A stretch of 64,000 bases of DNA from Prorocentrum cordatum (lineage: Eukaryota): positions 1,240,001 through 1,304,000 of the forward strand of contig CAUYUJ010000114.1 in assembly GCA_963575745.1 (NCBI GenBank), read 5' to 3'. Each line of letters begins with the position of its first letter. The first letter of the stretch is position 1. Positions 38,381 to 50,800 of this stretch are shown here, in pieces. The notes below the pieces were generated by a model. The model made no database searches. It was not told where the DNA came from and saw only the letters and a list, made by a program, of their open reading frames with translations. A program made the translations under genes and the position numbers.

Positions 38381-39897
38381 GTGATAAAAGAAATAGAAGG
38401 GAGGGAACGCGGGAATCATCTCATGAAAGTCATTGTCATGACGCTCAGAAACAAGAATAAACGGGCACCCTAGCGATATCCCGGGACGTTCTGGCTTCGA
38501 CAATGAAGTCGCCTGCAATCTCTTACCTCGAAATGCTGGTTTCTGTATATTACGTACGAAACGTCCACCATGTGTTCCAGCAAATTGAAGCGTTTCAGCC
38601 GCTGCAGCATAGCGGAGAAATTGATAAAACCAACCGTTTTTTCCAATCCCAAACCGCTGTGATCAAACTGCCGTTCAATGTTCGAAGCTCCGAACCGATT
38701 CACGGAACAAGAGCACAAATAATTTCTGATGTCCGTTTCTTCAATTGCGATCCCGTCAGCCTGGATTCGGCCCCCGCCTCCGCAAGGCCCACGGCGCCAG
38801 CGCAATAGAAATGCGAAGCTTGTATATCTGACGATGAGCACGCTGACTGGCCGATAATTTGCGCAATGGTTTGTCTTTCTCTTTTTATGTATGATTGAGA
38901 CGCCCGCTTGTGGCCATGCTTTCGAAGTGTTGGATTTGCAAACTCATAGACGCGATGGGTATTTTCATATCTTGCGTCATCGGCATCATTGCATTTACAT
39001 ATAAAGATAACACGTGGCAGTGAACCGGGGATTGTACCGGGTGAATGTGTTTTTAATGTTGCCAACAAAAAAGAAAATCTCTTTTTTTGTCCCTCTCTCT
39101 CTATATATATACATACACACACGCTTCCGCACGAATGCCACCTGCAATCCATGATACGGCTATATTTGAGGGAGACGTTCTCTAGCAATTACACAACAAT
39201 GATTCCTAAACGTGTCATAATAACGCCAAGGGTTCCACCCCTAGCCGTGTCATGGGGGTGGCATGAAATAGTGACGATGATGATGTTATGTTTGGCCAAT
39301 AGTGCCCAGTCGTACGGTTTCTGTAAAATTTGTCACGCATAATGGAAGAAGAAATATGTGAAGGGAACCGGTAACATATTACCGAAATTACGTTTCGGAA
39401 GGAAAGGTACAACAAAAACGTGATAGAAACTTGCAGTCCAAGTAGGGTATCTTACTTGACGCTTTGTCAACTAAAATCCGGACGTTTCTCCCAAACGTGG
39501 TTCCAACCAGTCACGATCGGTGCATCTTTGACAATGGGCAATCGGGAATATGAGCGTTACGCTTTTCACGATCGAATGATGATAATAATGTTGATAATGA
39601 CGATGATGATCAACATCCAATCGGTCTCCATGTTTTTGCCACGCGTTCATGACTCGGGAACATGTGAGAAAATAATAATCACATGGCCTAGCCGCGCCAC
39701 ATTCGTGGCTTTGGCACATAGAAATGGTGAGAACCCTATAGCCCTGCCGCGCGCTCGCGACTTCGATTCGCAAGTTCCCCCTTCGAAAAACCAATATACC
39801 TAAAACACAACCCATAGGCAAATTCAAGAAACGGCGATTTCATCCCGAATGCAATTTCCGTCTTTGTATCGATAATTGGTCCCAATTCTGATTCAAA

Positions 39898-39938
<41 letters not shown>

Positions 39939-42074
39939 TTCTAGCGGTAAAATCACTGGGGCCAGAAAGAATTCAATAGTTTTTGGCCAACATGATATCG
40001 TTTCTATTGCGTGAGGCACGATCATAATTATAACCCCTGCTTCTCTCTCCTCTACTCCTACGACGTAATGCTACCCCTCCCCCGTGCGTTCCAAGCATTT
40101 CGCCATGCGCATTCGGATTCGCGTAGGAATCCGCATAAGAGTCCGCAATCGTCGTCTTCGTCATCGTCGCTGTTTTGCACATGGACTGTTGCGGTGTACA
40201 CAACACACAAGTTTTTTAGTGTACGCGAATGTTGGGTCGGCGCAACTGTGCGCGGTCTTGCGGTGTACGCAAGCGCTGTAGTGTGCACGCGCGCTGTGGT
40301 GCACGCGAGCGTTGTGGTATATACAAGCGCAGTGGGGCAAATCCACCTACATCGTCGTCATCGTCGCTCGTCGCGTCGTGCGCGCGCAGGCGTGGCTGCG
40401 GTTCTGGAGCCACACGGCGAGAGGGGGGGGCGTTACGTCATAATGTCACACCCTCGGCTGGAACGCCAGCTCTGGAACGCATCGGCGAACACAGACATTC
40501 AAGACCGCCAGATACGCAGCAAAGCCCAGCAGAGCCACCAGAGTCCAGGACAATCGGCAGGGAACCGAACACGAGCAATGTCCGTCCTTTGCACTGGTGC
40601 GGCCAGCAGATGCACAGCTGCAGAGGCCGAGACGCCACGTCGGGAGCCCAGAAGCAGAAGAGACGCATCCAGGATCGCCCGATACGCAGCCAGGTCAGGC
40701 ACACCCAGCATAACCTTGTAAACACAAAAAGACGACCGAGAACCGAACATTATTAGCAATTTTCGTCCTTTGCGCCAGCCGGCAATTTAAAAGGCTCCAA
40801 GGGTCGGAACGCCAGCTCTGGAGCTCAAAATTACTAGAAGCACACTGTACACCCCACAGACATGCAGAATCTGGAATAGACGGCCGAGAACCGAATGTTA
40901 GCAATTTTGGCTCTTTGCGCCGGCGCGGCCTGCAAATCCAAGGCTCCAGGGGCCGGAACTCCATGACCAACGCTGGAACGGGATTCGTGGCTACCTTGCG
41001 CTGCCGGCTTCTATCAAGGGCTCCCAACTTCGCGCTTCGCGCTGCGCGAAGCGCGAAGTGCGAATAACTTCGCGCTCCCGCGCCGCCTCCCAGGGGAGAA
41101 GAGGAGGATGAGGAGGAATCGGAGCCGAACCGCGAAGCGCGAATAACTTCGCGCCCTCGAGAGCGCCCTTGCTAATCTGTGGCTCTCTTAGACTTCCTGC
41201 TCCTCATCCAGCCCCCCTTTGTTTCGCTGCGCGCTCCTTGGGGGCTCCAACGCCCTCCTCGGCATGCTGTTCAACATGTCTATCGCTTCCGCGCACTTCC
41301 CCTGCGAGCCAGCGAGTTTGAGTCGGGTGCTCCGAAACGGGGGGGAATAAAAGCGGGATGCAGCAAGGTGCACCTCTCGTGCACCTCTCGTGAACCTTCG
41401 GGCCCCAAGAGGGCCCCTTTTCCTGCAACCCTCGATGTTCCCTTTTGATCGTCCCCCCTGGAACGCCCGAGAGTTGAGGAAGAACAAAGCTGCCTTTGCG
41501 GCATAAGCTTATTTTTTTTCCGGAGCCCCGCACGGATCTCTTGGATCGGTGCTGGACCACCCTCCTTGGTGCGCGGAACGCGCCAGAAGCGGCACCGGAG
41601 GCGCGCCGCCAGGGGGGCCCAGCGCAGATCCAAGAATTCCGCGCGGAGCTGCGAATGTTTATGTTTATGTTTTTTCTTCTTTGAAAGAGTTCTGTGGCAA
41701 CGCATGGGAGCTTCCCATGCCATGTTGCTGGCTCTGGAAAAAACGACGCTAACCGACGCAAATCGACGCTGAATCGACGCTACATCGGCGCATTCTCATC
41801 GATTAACGTTACCAGACGCTACCGCACGTTCACGCATTCCCAAGATTGAATTTCGAGGGCATAGAATGGGAAGCTGGGCGAGAAAAAACAACTTCCCGGA
41901 ATGAGGCGTGGCACGCGGAACTGTCAACGGGCTTCTTCCCGGAAGGACGAAGACAACTTCCCGGAGGTCGATCTCAGCAGCCACGGATTCAGCAGCCCTT
42001 GCCCGGCTTCCGATGGAAGGCTCCCATGAGTTTACACCGAACGAGAGCAGGTTCCCTCGTTCCCTGGTGCTGCA

Positions 42075-42290
42075 GCCAGGTGCGCCAGGCGCGCCAGGTG
42101 CGCTAGGCGCGCCAGGTGCGCCAAGTGTGCGCCAGGCGCGCCAGGCGCGCCAAGTGTGCGCCAGGTGCGCCAGGTGTGCGCCAGGCGTGCGCCCGGTGTG
42201 CGCCCGGTGTGCGCCCGGTGTGCCAGGTGCGCCCAGCGCGCCAGGTGTGCCAGGTGCGCCAGCTGCGCCAGGTACGCCAGGTGCGCCAGG
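42075..42290. repeat. GCGCCAGGT 9-11-bp minisatellite
   Basis: Directly visible. Confidence 0.9.
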
Positions 42291-42859
42291 GCCCTGCAGC
42301 GGTGCATCGGCGGAACAGGGCGTGCACCGCGGGCGGCGCGGGCCGCGGCGGGCGCGGGCCACCAGCGGGGCGCACGGTCGGTCAAGGAGCCGGTCAGTCA
42401 GTCAGTCAGTCAGTCATGCCATGCGCCTGAGCGCATGGGCGACAGAGAGATACTGCCGGCCCTTAGCTGCCCCGATGCGCAGCACGGAACACGCACCGTA
42501 TGGATACGGAGCTCCACGCGTGGACTGAACACGTAGGTCCGACGCGATACACTCAATCGCCCAAACGTGGGCCGATGCGTCGCGCCAGCACGCAACGTAT
42601 CGACACGTGCGTTTTGAGCACGGTGCGTGTTGCAGGCAGCTACGTGCCAGCCTGTTCTCTCCATCCTGCGGGAGCGGAAACGCGTCGGGTGCCACAGACG
42701 ACGCGCTCTCCCCAGATCCGCTGCACACCAGGCGCCCGCGAGCGGTGACTTCGGTTAGACAAAACGAGCGGAGTCCTGGACTGGTCGCGGGGGGCGGGGC
42801 ACGCGTAATGTTTATCTCATCGTAATCCGCCACCGTGCCTCTGGGCACGGAGTGGGCGT

Positions 42860-43676
42860 GATCTCAGGTCCTTTGCCTGATCCTCTGAGCCTTAATCCTC
42901 ACTCCTGAGGAGTCTTCTAAGCGCCCAGACCCCAAATTGCCGAATCTCCCGGGACTTGTCGCGTGACCCCTGGGCTCGGGCCGAGGGAAGTGTTGCCGCA
43001 TCAATTTCTTCGGGCCCAAGAAGGCCCCAAGACGGACCATGAGGGCCCCAATAAGCCCCCAAGACAATCCAAGAAGGTCCCGTGTCGCTGAACGATGGCC
43101 CCAAGAAGTTCAAGATGGCCCCCCGGCGGTCCAAGAGGCTCCAAGACGCCCAAAGAGGCTTCCAAGAGGCCTCCCAAGAGGGCCCCAAGAGGCCCAAATC
43201 ATTGATTTTCATTTGGCTTTTGAAGGATGTTGGCGTTCTCGCCTTCTCGGCTTCCCTCCCAACGCTCCCAGACGGCCCCAGAGGTCCCCAAGACCGCCTC
43301 AAGACGGCCGAAGAGACCTCCAGGGGGCCCCCTAAGCGGCCCAAGAGGGCCCCAAGACGGCCCGAGGGGCGCCCAAAACTGCCCGAGGGGGCCCCCAAGA
43401 CAGCCCCCAATGGAGTCAAAAACTGGAAGCACGAACCGAAAATCAGAGCCTTCCGCCTCCCAGGAGGCCCCAAGAGGCGCCCAGGAGGCCCACAAGGGGC
43501 CCCAAGAGGCCCAGAAGAGGCCCAAACGAGGCCACCCAAACGCCCCTATGAGGCCTCCAAACTGCCTCCTAGAGGCCCTCGAGAGGCCTCCCACAGATCC
43601 CAACGAACATCCAACATGCTCATACCCATACCCACAACCCAGGCACGGTGGCGGGATGGGCTGAAGGACATTAGAT
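42860..43676 (+). mobile_element. Monomeric CCAAGA-family element with defined 3' terminus
   Basis: Phased CCAAGA arms, AAATCATTGATTTTC core, terminus CCCAGGCACGGTGGCGGGATGGGCTGAAGGACATTAGAT. Confidence 0.65.
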
Positions 43677-43769
43677 ACAAGCATACTGCCGAAGGTGCCG
43701 ACTGCAAGTATTGAAAGCAATATAGTGGTTGGGTCGAGGGGCTGGCCGTCGGGGTGTGGCACGGGTGGG

Positions 43770-44310
43770 CCGCGGGTGGGTCGCTTGGCGGGTTGCGGTG
43801 TGGGTCGCGGGGCTGGTCGCTTGGCAAAGTCGCTTGGCAGAGAACCGCTTCGCCTGTGAACCGCTTGGCACTGACTGACCTCGGACCGCTCCGCTCCGAC
43901 CGCTTAGCCCCTGGTCCAACCCCGAACCCGCCAGTCAAGGTCCACCTGGCTGGCCCGCCTGCTAAGGTCTGCTTGTCCGACCTGCCAGTTGGGGCTTGCC
44001 CGCTCACTTTCTTGAAAAAAACGCCCGCCTGTCCCGCAGCCCCGACCCACTGGCAAAGCGGTCTGAGACGATGGGGACCAGGAAGACGGAGAGCACGACG
44101 AGGCGTCCCGCTGGCGAAGCGGCCCGCCCACAGAACGGCCCCCGGCGAGGCGGTACGCTGGCGAACCGGTTCGGGTGACCCGATCCGCCGGTGAAGCGAT
44201 TCGAGCGAAGCGGTCCTCGGCTAAGCTACTCGGACGAAGCGGTCCGCTGGCGAAGCGGTCCGGTACTTGCCAGTCGCGGGCGAGTCGCGGAACGGGTCGG
44301 AAAGCGGCGG
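43770..44310. repeat. Fold-back repeat with arrays of CCGCTT(C/G)GC on the left and G(C)GAAGCGG on the right
   Basis: Multiple inverted short motifs. Confidence 0.5.
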
Positions 44311-44620
44311 CCACATGTGCCACTCTGCGGTGTGGCGCAGGGGCAGCGGCCCAGTGGCCTCCCCGGAGCTCGTGCCCGCCGAGCCGCACGCTGCTTGGCA
44401 CCGAGCAGTCTTTCTCGCGCGCGCGGGGCCGGCCCCGTCTGCCGCGCACTCCTCGCCGTGCTCGCTGCCTGCACCACAGCCCACTCGGCATGGAGAGCCC
44501 CGGGGGTGTCGAGTGCTCCGCCAGCCCCCGGGGCGCGCCTGCCCGGCCGCGAGGCCGCAAGCCACGCGGGCACCCGCAGTGGTGTGCGCCCCGCCTTCTT
44601 CCGCAGGCGCTCCCGCTGAG

Positions 44621-45583
44621 CTACGCGGGCCACGCGGGCGCCGCGGTGGCGTTTGCGCTCCACCTCCACAGGCGCTCCTGCGCCTCCACGCCGCAGTGGG
44701 GCGCCACGGACTCGTGCAGCGTGCCGAACGTCGGGCGCATCAGCCGCACTGGCCACCACCACGCATACTTCGGCAGATACCGGCTCACTGGCGAGGAGAA
44801 CAGCAGCCGCGGGAACGCGTAGGGGTAGAGGAACTCCGGCGCAACCGTCTCAGAGACAAACGCGCTCTCGAACACCAGCCTTCCGCTTGTCTGGGGATCA
44901 CCGCACCAATCCAGCCATTTCCTGCCCCTGCACCAATCCAGCTCGGGACCTAGCAGTGCCGTGGCGACCCGGCCGGGGGCCATCGCCACCGCCCTCAGCG
45001 CTGGTCGCCGGCGTCGCAGCGCCTTCACGAAGCACAGCTCGGCCAACTTGCTGTTGGCGTATGCCATGGGGCGGGGCTGGCCGTACACCCACTTATCATA
45101 CCTGGGGCGCGTCTTCGGGGTGAGCTGGTGGAGCTTGCCCTGCCACATCGCGGCGCTCCCTACCGCCACCAGCGAGGCATTTGGGGCGAGCAGCTCCAGC
45201 AGAAGCCTCACGAGCAGGAAGTGCCCGAGAAAATTGGTAGCATAGGCTAGGTCGTGGCCGCTGTTGGCGGTGGTGTTCGTCGGCCACGTGGGCCCGTAAC
45301 CCATGCCCGCGTTGAGCACCACCACATCCAGTCTCCGGAAGAGCTTCTTCGCTTCCCCCGCGAAGCGCCTGACGTCGTCGAAATCCGACGTGTCCAAGAC
45401 CATCGGTGTGACCGCTTCATGCTGTCGCCCCGCCATGTCCGCGAGTTCGCGGGCGGCCCTGGACGCCTTCGGCCACTTCCGGCTGGTCACGGCGACGCGC
45501 GACCCCCTGCGGCAGAACTCCGCGGCCGCGTGGAACCCGATGCCCTGGGAGGCCCCCGTGACGAGCGCGGCCTGGCCATCCAT
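44621..45583 (-). CDS. Short-chain dehydrogenase/reductase, retinol dehydrogenase/WWOX-like subgroup
   Basis: Uninterrupted ORF with TGASQGIG (TGxxxGxG), LDVVVLNAG, ATNFLGHFLL, AYANSK (YxxxK), APGRVAT and C-terminal QERLWRWS. First ATG is at 45583; the frame stays open upstream to a possible AG|G acceptor near 45666. Confidence 0.93.
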   Translation of the reverse strand: MDGQAALVTGASQGIGFHAAAEFCRRGSRVAVTSRKWPKASRAARELADMAGRQHEAVTPMVLDTSDFDDVRRFAGEAKKLFRRLDVVVLNAGMGYGPTWPTNTTANSGHDLAYATNFLGHFLLVRLLLELLAPNASLVAVGSAAMWQGKLHQLTPKTRPRYDKWVYGQPRPMAYANSKLAELCFVKALRRRRPALRAVAMAPGRVATALLGPELDWCRGRKWLDWCGDPQTSGRLVFESAFVSETVAPEFLYPYAFPRLLFSSPVSRYLPKYAWWWPVRLMRPTFGTLHESVAPHCGVEAQERLWRWSANATAAPAWPA

Positions 45584-45717
45584 CGAGGCTGGAGCGTCCA
45601 CGCCGCGCCCCTGCTCGGGGGGCGCCAACAGTAGGCACCCACGCAGATTCGCTGTCAGACCACGCCTGGGCCCAGGCTCGGTGTGCGTATGTGTGAATCT
45701 TTAGTTATGTACACATA

Positions 45718-45758
<41 letters not shown>

Positions 45759-45959
45759 AAAGATACAAGACTGCAGTGGCGCTTCGCGCCATGCACCTTG
45801 GTCCTAGTTTGGTATGCACGCGGAATGGCAGGAAAGTCAAGCCGACAATTTAGCGATAACTCCTGTTTGCCTTTTTATCCTTCTTCCATGCTTACTGTTC
45901 CTTATTTTCGCCATACCCTGCGCACCTGCGCATTCTCCCCATCCTCCTCAGCTCTTTTT

Positions 45960-46560
45960 TGCGGAGGCTTCTCCTTGGAGAGCCTCTAGGGACCTCACAA
46001 AAGTTGTGTCGGGTTTTCTTAAGGCCTTCTGGAGGCCTCCTGGGCGTATTCTGGGGGCCTCTGGGGGCTTCCTCGGGCCACCCTGCCTCCAACCGCCGTC
46101 TCCCTTAACGACCGAATCACGATTTGGAATTCTTCGGAGGGTGTCTTTGGGCCATCTTGGGCCGCCATGGGGCTCTCTGAGCGCCATCTTGGACCCGTGT
46201 TGTGCCGTTTTGGGGTTCTCTTGGACTGCCTGGAAGCCCTTTCGGATGGTTGTGGGGCGATTTGGGAGCCTCCCAGGCGGCTTCGGACGCCCAGAAGACC
46301 GCCGTCTTGGAGCGTCGGGAAGCCGAAAAGAGGAGAACCCCCAAATTCACCAAAAACCAACAGAAAATCAATGATTTTTGCCTCGGGGGGCCTTCTTGGG
46401 AGTGCTCTTGGAGGCCTCTTTGGGGCCGTCCTGGAGGCCTCTTGGACCATCTTGAGGTCACGTCGGTCACTCTTGGAGCGCTCTTGTGCTGTCTTGGGGG
46501 TCTTTGGGACGTCTCCGATGACCCCCCTGATCGCCCTAAGTGTGCTGGGAAGGCTTGGCA
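45960..46560 (-). repeat. CCAAGA-family element (reverse orientation)
   Basis: TCTTGG arms plus GAAAATCAATGATTTTTG core. Confidence 0.75.
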
Positions 46561-47849
46561 AAACGCCTTGCGAGGCCCGGTGGCCGCTTCGAGGCCCGTT
46601 CGGAGGGCCCCAAAACCCCAGGTCCCGGGAGTCCGGTTTTGGGGGGGTGACGGGTTTTCCCCCCGCCCGGGCTTATAAAAATATAGGAAGAGGAATAAAT
46701 GAACCCTCGATGGACCCTGATAGTGGTGCGATGGCGGAGAATAGGGAGGCGGTGACAGTGATGCCTTTTTTTCTGGGTGGCGATTCTGGGGGCCCTGGCT
46801 CAAGGGCCCTGCAAACCCAAGAAATTTGATGCCCCAGGGTGGTGGGCTCGTTTTTCCGAAACGGCCGATCGTCGTAGCCCAATGGCCACAATCGTCGGGA
46901 AATAAAGGAGGATACACGTACGTGTTGGCACATGTAGGTGTGTCCGCGATGGGCCCTAATAGCGGTACGATGGCGGGAAAGAAACGAAGTGACGGTGATG
47001 CCCCTTTTTTGGGCGGATGTTCGGGGGGCCCTGGCTCAGGGCCCCTGCCGTTCCTAAGAACTTCATGCCCTCTCATGCGATGGGAGTGAGGCACCAAGAG
47101 AAAGAGGGAAAGGATACCCCAAGGTGAGGAAGAGAATGCTGGGCCCCCCTCTGGACGCTGCGAACGTAAGGGGCTAATCCGCCTTTCTCTCACCCCTTTC
47201 CTTCTTCACCTTTTCATGTCGGTGTCGCCAATGCTCGCAAATCGCACGTGCGCAGGAACCGAGACGCGCTGTCTCGAAATCCTGCCCATCCTCCAAGGGG
47301 TCCTCCGCGGTCGAGGCCCCCCACCCCACCCTGGACTCCCGCCCCCGCCCGCGGCGGAAACATGCCGGTCCCGTGCGCAGGAGTCGCGCCCCCGCCGTTG
47401 AGTAGCCCGCCGGATGGCGGGAAGACAAGGCGATCCCGGAGGCGCGCCAAGCAGCCGCTCGGAGCCTCTCCCTGCTTGGGGGGTCGCCGCCGAAACCCGC
47501 CCGGACACGTCCCCAAGGCGAGCGGCCGACGGCCTCCAAGCGCGGGGGACTCCTGCGCGGACGTGGAACGGAGCCGCTACCGCGGCTCGAGGCGCACGCA
47601 GCGGGCGCGGCCTCCTGGGCCGCCTCGCGGGGCCCCCCTCTCCTCGAGGATGGTCTCGCGGAGCTCCTGGGAGGCCTTTGTCGCGTCGTCCATGACGTGC
47701 CCCCTCGGAGCCTCGGGCGCCGCGTGGATCCTGGAGGTTTCGTCGAAGTCCCGCGCCTTCGTGCCGCTGAGGTCGTCCGCCTCCTGATTATCGTCGCGGG
47801 GGCCCCGTCCGATCCAATCGCCATCCTGCGCGACCTCAGCTCATCGGAG

Positions 47850-50800
47850 GGCTCGAAGAGGAGCGCGGCCCAAGGCCGATAGGTCGACCTGGCGCGGGAC
47901 GCCGCGCGAGCGTTCCCCGGGTTGTGCGTCGACCCCGTCTTCCTGAGGCTCGCCCGCTGGCGGGACTTCCCCAGCCTCGAGAACAGCTTCGCGAGGCGGC
48001 ATCATGCTGGGGAGCCCCTGCGCCGCGCCCGTGCCGATGGGATATGCTCATCGGAGATGCCTCGCAGATGCATAATTATCCAGCAGCGCCCCGCATTGGC
48101 CTTCGCGTCCGAGCGACGCTGCACAGTGTTCTCGCCGTCGAACTAGATCGGCGCCGCGAGCCTGTGTTCGCGGCCCAGTCGCATGCCGATCGCCGCCAGC
48201 GCGAGTTTGCCCGCCCCTGGCCAAGAGGCCCTCTTCTTGCCAGACCTGTCGACTGGATAACAAGGTGTGCGCGGGCCCCAGGAGCTTTCTTTCCCAGACG
48301 AGGAGCGTCGCGGAGATGCCCGGGCGCCCCAACAAGCCGCCACCCCACTTGCGTGAACGGCGCTGCGTTCGACCATCTCCAAACACCGGTTGGCTAGCCA
48401 AGCCGCTCACACCTCGGAGAGACTCATGGCGTGGGTGGTAGTCGCGGCGGAGGCCGATCCAGATCAACTCGAGGCCGCCGCGCTTCCTAGCCCTCTCTGC
48501 TCCAGGAAGCCGAAGCCGCTGGCGCGGATGATCCCGATGAGTGCAGCCCGCCTCCCGCGTCGCTCCGAGCTGATCGCCTCTGGGCCGTTGGCGTTGGCGG
48601 GCCGCCCCGCGGGCCGGGCGCCGCTGGGGAAGCGGGCCGCTGCGCGCGTGCCCGTGGCGTCGGCGGCGAGCGGTAAGAGGACTTCGTGGCGTCCCTGGTG
48701 GTAGCTCAGGGCGCAGGACTTCCCCGCTGGACTCTGCGTCCTCTGGCGGTTCCTGCTTCGGATTGGATTGTTCGCGGCGACCTCGCGCGCGCCAGCGCGC
48801 GCGAATCGCCTCTTGCCGTCCGCGCCCTCGAACGCCGCCAACACTGCCATGTAGCTGTTGCCGTTGAAACGGTAGCGCGAATGCTCCATGCGAGCCCGTG
48901 GGCCATCCTGCCCGACTTTACATCGTCCGCGGGGCGTTCCAGGGGCCGATCGCGGCGGTCCTCCACGCAGCTGTATTTGCCGCTTCTGGGATGGCCCAAA
49001 TGGCCGCCCCCTGGTCGAGGTGCGCGGCCAGGGGGGCGATGCACCAGGGCGCGAGCTGGGCTCCGAGGGCGCGCGCCCTTGTGCCGCGCTGCGATGGCGG
49101 TGTCCGCGTGGCCGCCAGAGCCCATCCGAGCTGCGGCGACCCCTGATGGCGTTGCCGTCGACTTCCGAGGGCGCCTCGATGAGGTCCGGCCGCAGCGGAG
49201 CCAGTCCGCGAAGGCCGCGGTGGCGCCCTTCCTGCCGTGGCGCCCCGCGGGGGTCTGCCCCGCCTGTTTGTCGCGGCCTTGGCCTTGCCCCCGCCGGCGT
49301 CGATCTCGCCTCCGCCGAGCGGGCCGCCGTGTATAGGAGGGCCTCTCTTCGGTGCTCCTGAGTGCTCGTCCTGCGCCGCGCGTGCGTCAACCGACCGGCT
49401 CCAGGTAAGGTCCCTCCCGATGCTGGGCGCTGGGCCGCTTGGCCAGCGCGCCGATGCCCTGCGCCGCCCGCTCGCGCAGCTGCGGGTGCCAGGCTGCGGC
49501 GCGCCTGTCGTCGAGGCCGAGGGGCCCCCGCTCATCGTTTTGGCGGCTGCCGCGCGCTGGCAGGTACGTGTTTGCGAATGCCGCCCGCCTGGGCGTCGCC
49601 GAAGTCCTCGGACTGCTCGAGGGAGCCAGCTGCCTGCTCGCTGTTCGCTGCCTGCTTGTTGTGCGCCAGCCGCTGGAGGGAATCGCCCTGCCGCGCCGCG
49701 GTGGAGAGGTCGGCGCAGTCCGACCTCGCCGAGCCCGCCTTTCCCCGAGCGCGCGGGAGCACCGAGACGGCGCGCGAAGGCTGCGGCGTCTGTCTGGCGC
49801 TTCTGCCCCAAGGAGATTCCGAGCACCGCCGGCTGCATCTGCGCCCTCGTCCCGAGGCTTCGGGGCGCGACTGCGCGGGCGAGGGCCGCGCCGCGGGCGC
49901 TGGCCCCTGGCGATCTCGGGCAGGGCCGTCGGGGGCGCGTCGTTGCGTTCCTGGCCGCGCTCTGTCGCTCGACGGAGGTGGCCGCTGGCCTCCGAGCAGC
50001 CCTCTCCGTCCTCCAACGCGCGGGCGACGGGAGAGGCAGTCTGTCTTCGCTGGCTCCTGGCCGACGGCCCCGTATCCCCTCGCCCCGTCTCCTCCCGGTA
50101 CTTCCCCCGCGCGCGCGCGGCGGCGCCCTACTGTCGGCTCCGAGCGGCCGTCAGGATGACCTCGCGAGGTCGCGGGTCCTCCAGCGCTGCGGTGGCGGCT
50201 CGCTGGGGCGGGGCCCTGGCGCCCGTGCGTGGCGGCGCGGGGCCGCTGGGTCTGTCTGCCGGCGGCGGCCGCGGGGCGCGCGGCCCCCTGCTGTGGCTTC
50301 GTGCGGAGCGGAGCGGTGGGCTCTCCATGCCTGTGTAATGACTTTTGGCGTCGCTGGCGTTTCTCCTGAGTGCGGCGCGGCCCTGTCGACGGGGCTCGCC
50401 TCTGGCCCGGGCGGCCCCGCCCAGCTGGATGCTGCTCCGCGGGGCCCTCGCCTCAACTGCATCTCGCGCGGTGCGCTGAGCTGCTGCGCCTTCGCCCGGG
50501 GTTTTCCGTAATCCTCTGGTGTGCGTCGGCGCCCCAGCAGCTCCTTGTAGCTGCGCGACCTTGGGGGCCTCCCAGCGAATGTCCACGCTCGGCCCTTGCT
50601 CGAGCATCGCCTGGTGCCTCCTCAGCCACGCGCCAAAGCGGCCTTCGAACTTCCTGACCCCCTCCAACTCTTGCTCCTGGATCCGCTGCGCCTCCCCCAT
50701 CAAGTCTCGGTCTGGCATGACTGGCGCCTGCCTGCGGGCGCCCAGCGTCGCGCGACACCAGCGCGCCCTCCTGATGAGCAGCAGCATTTGCCAACGTTGC

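Noticed and set aside
41908..42528. Collagen-like PGAPGA protein
   Set aside because: A 9-11-bp minisatellite with frame-breaking units and no flanking protein context.
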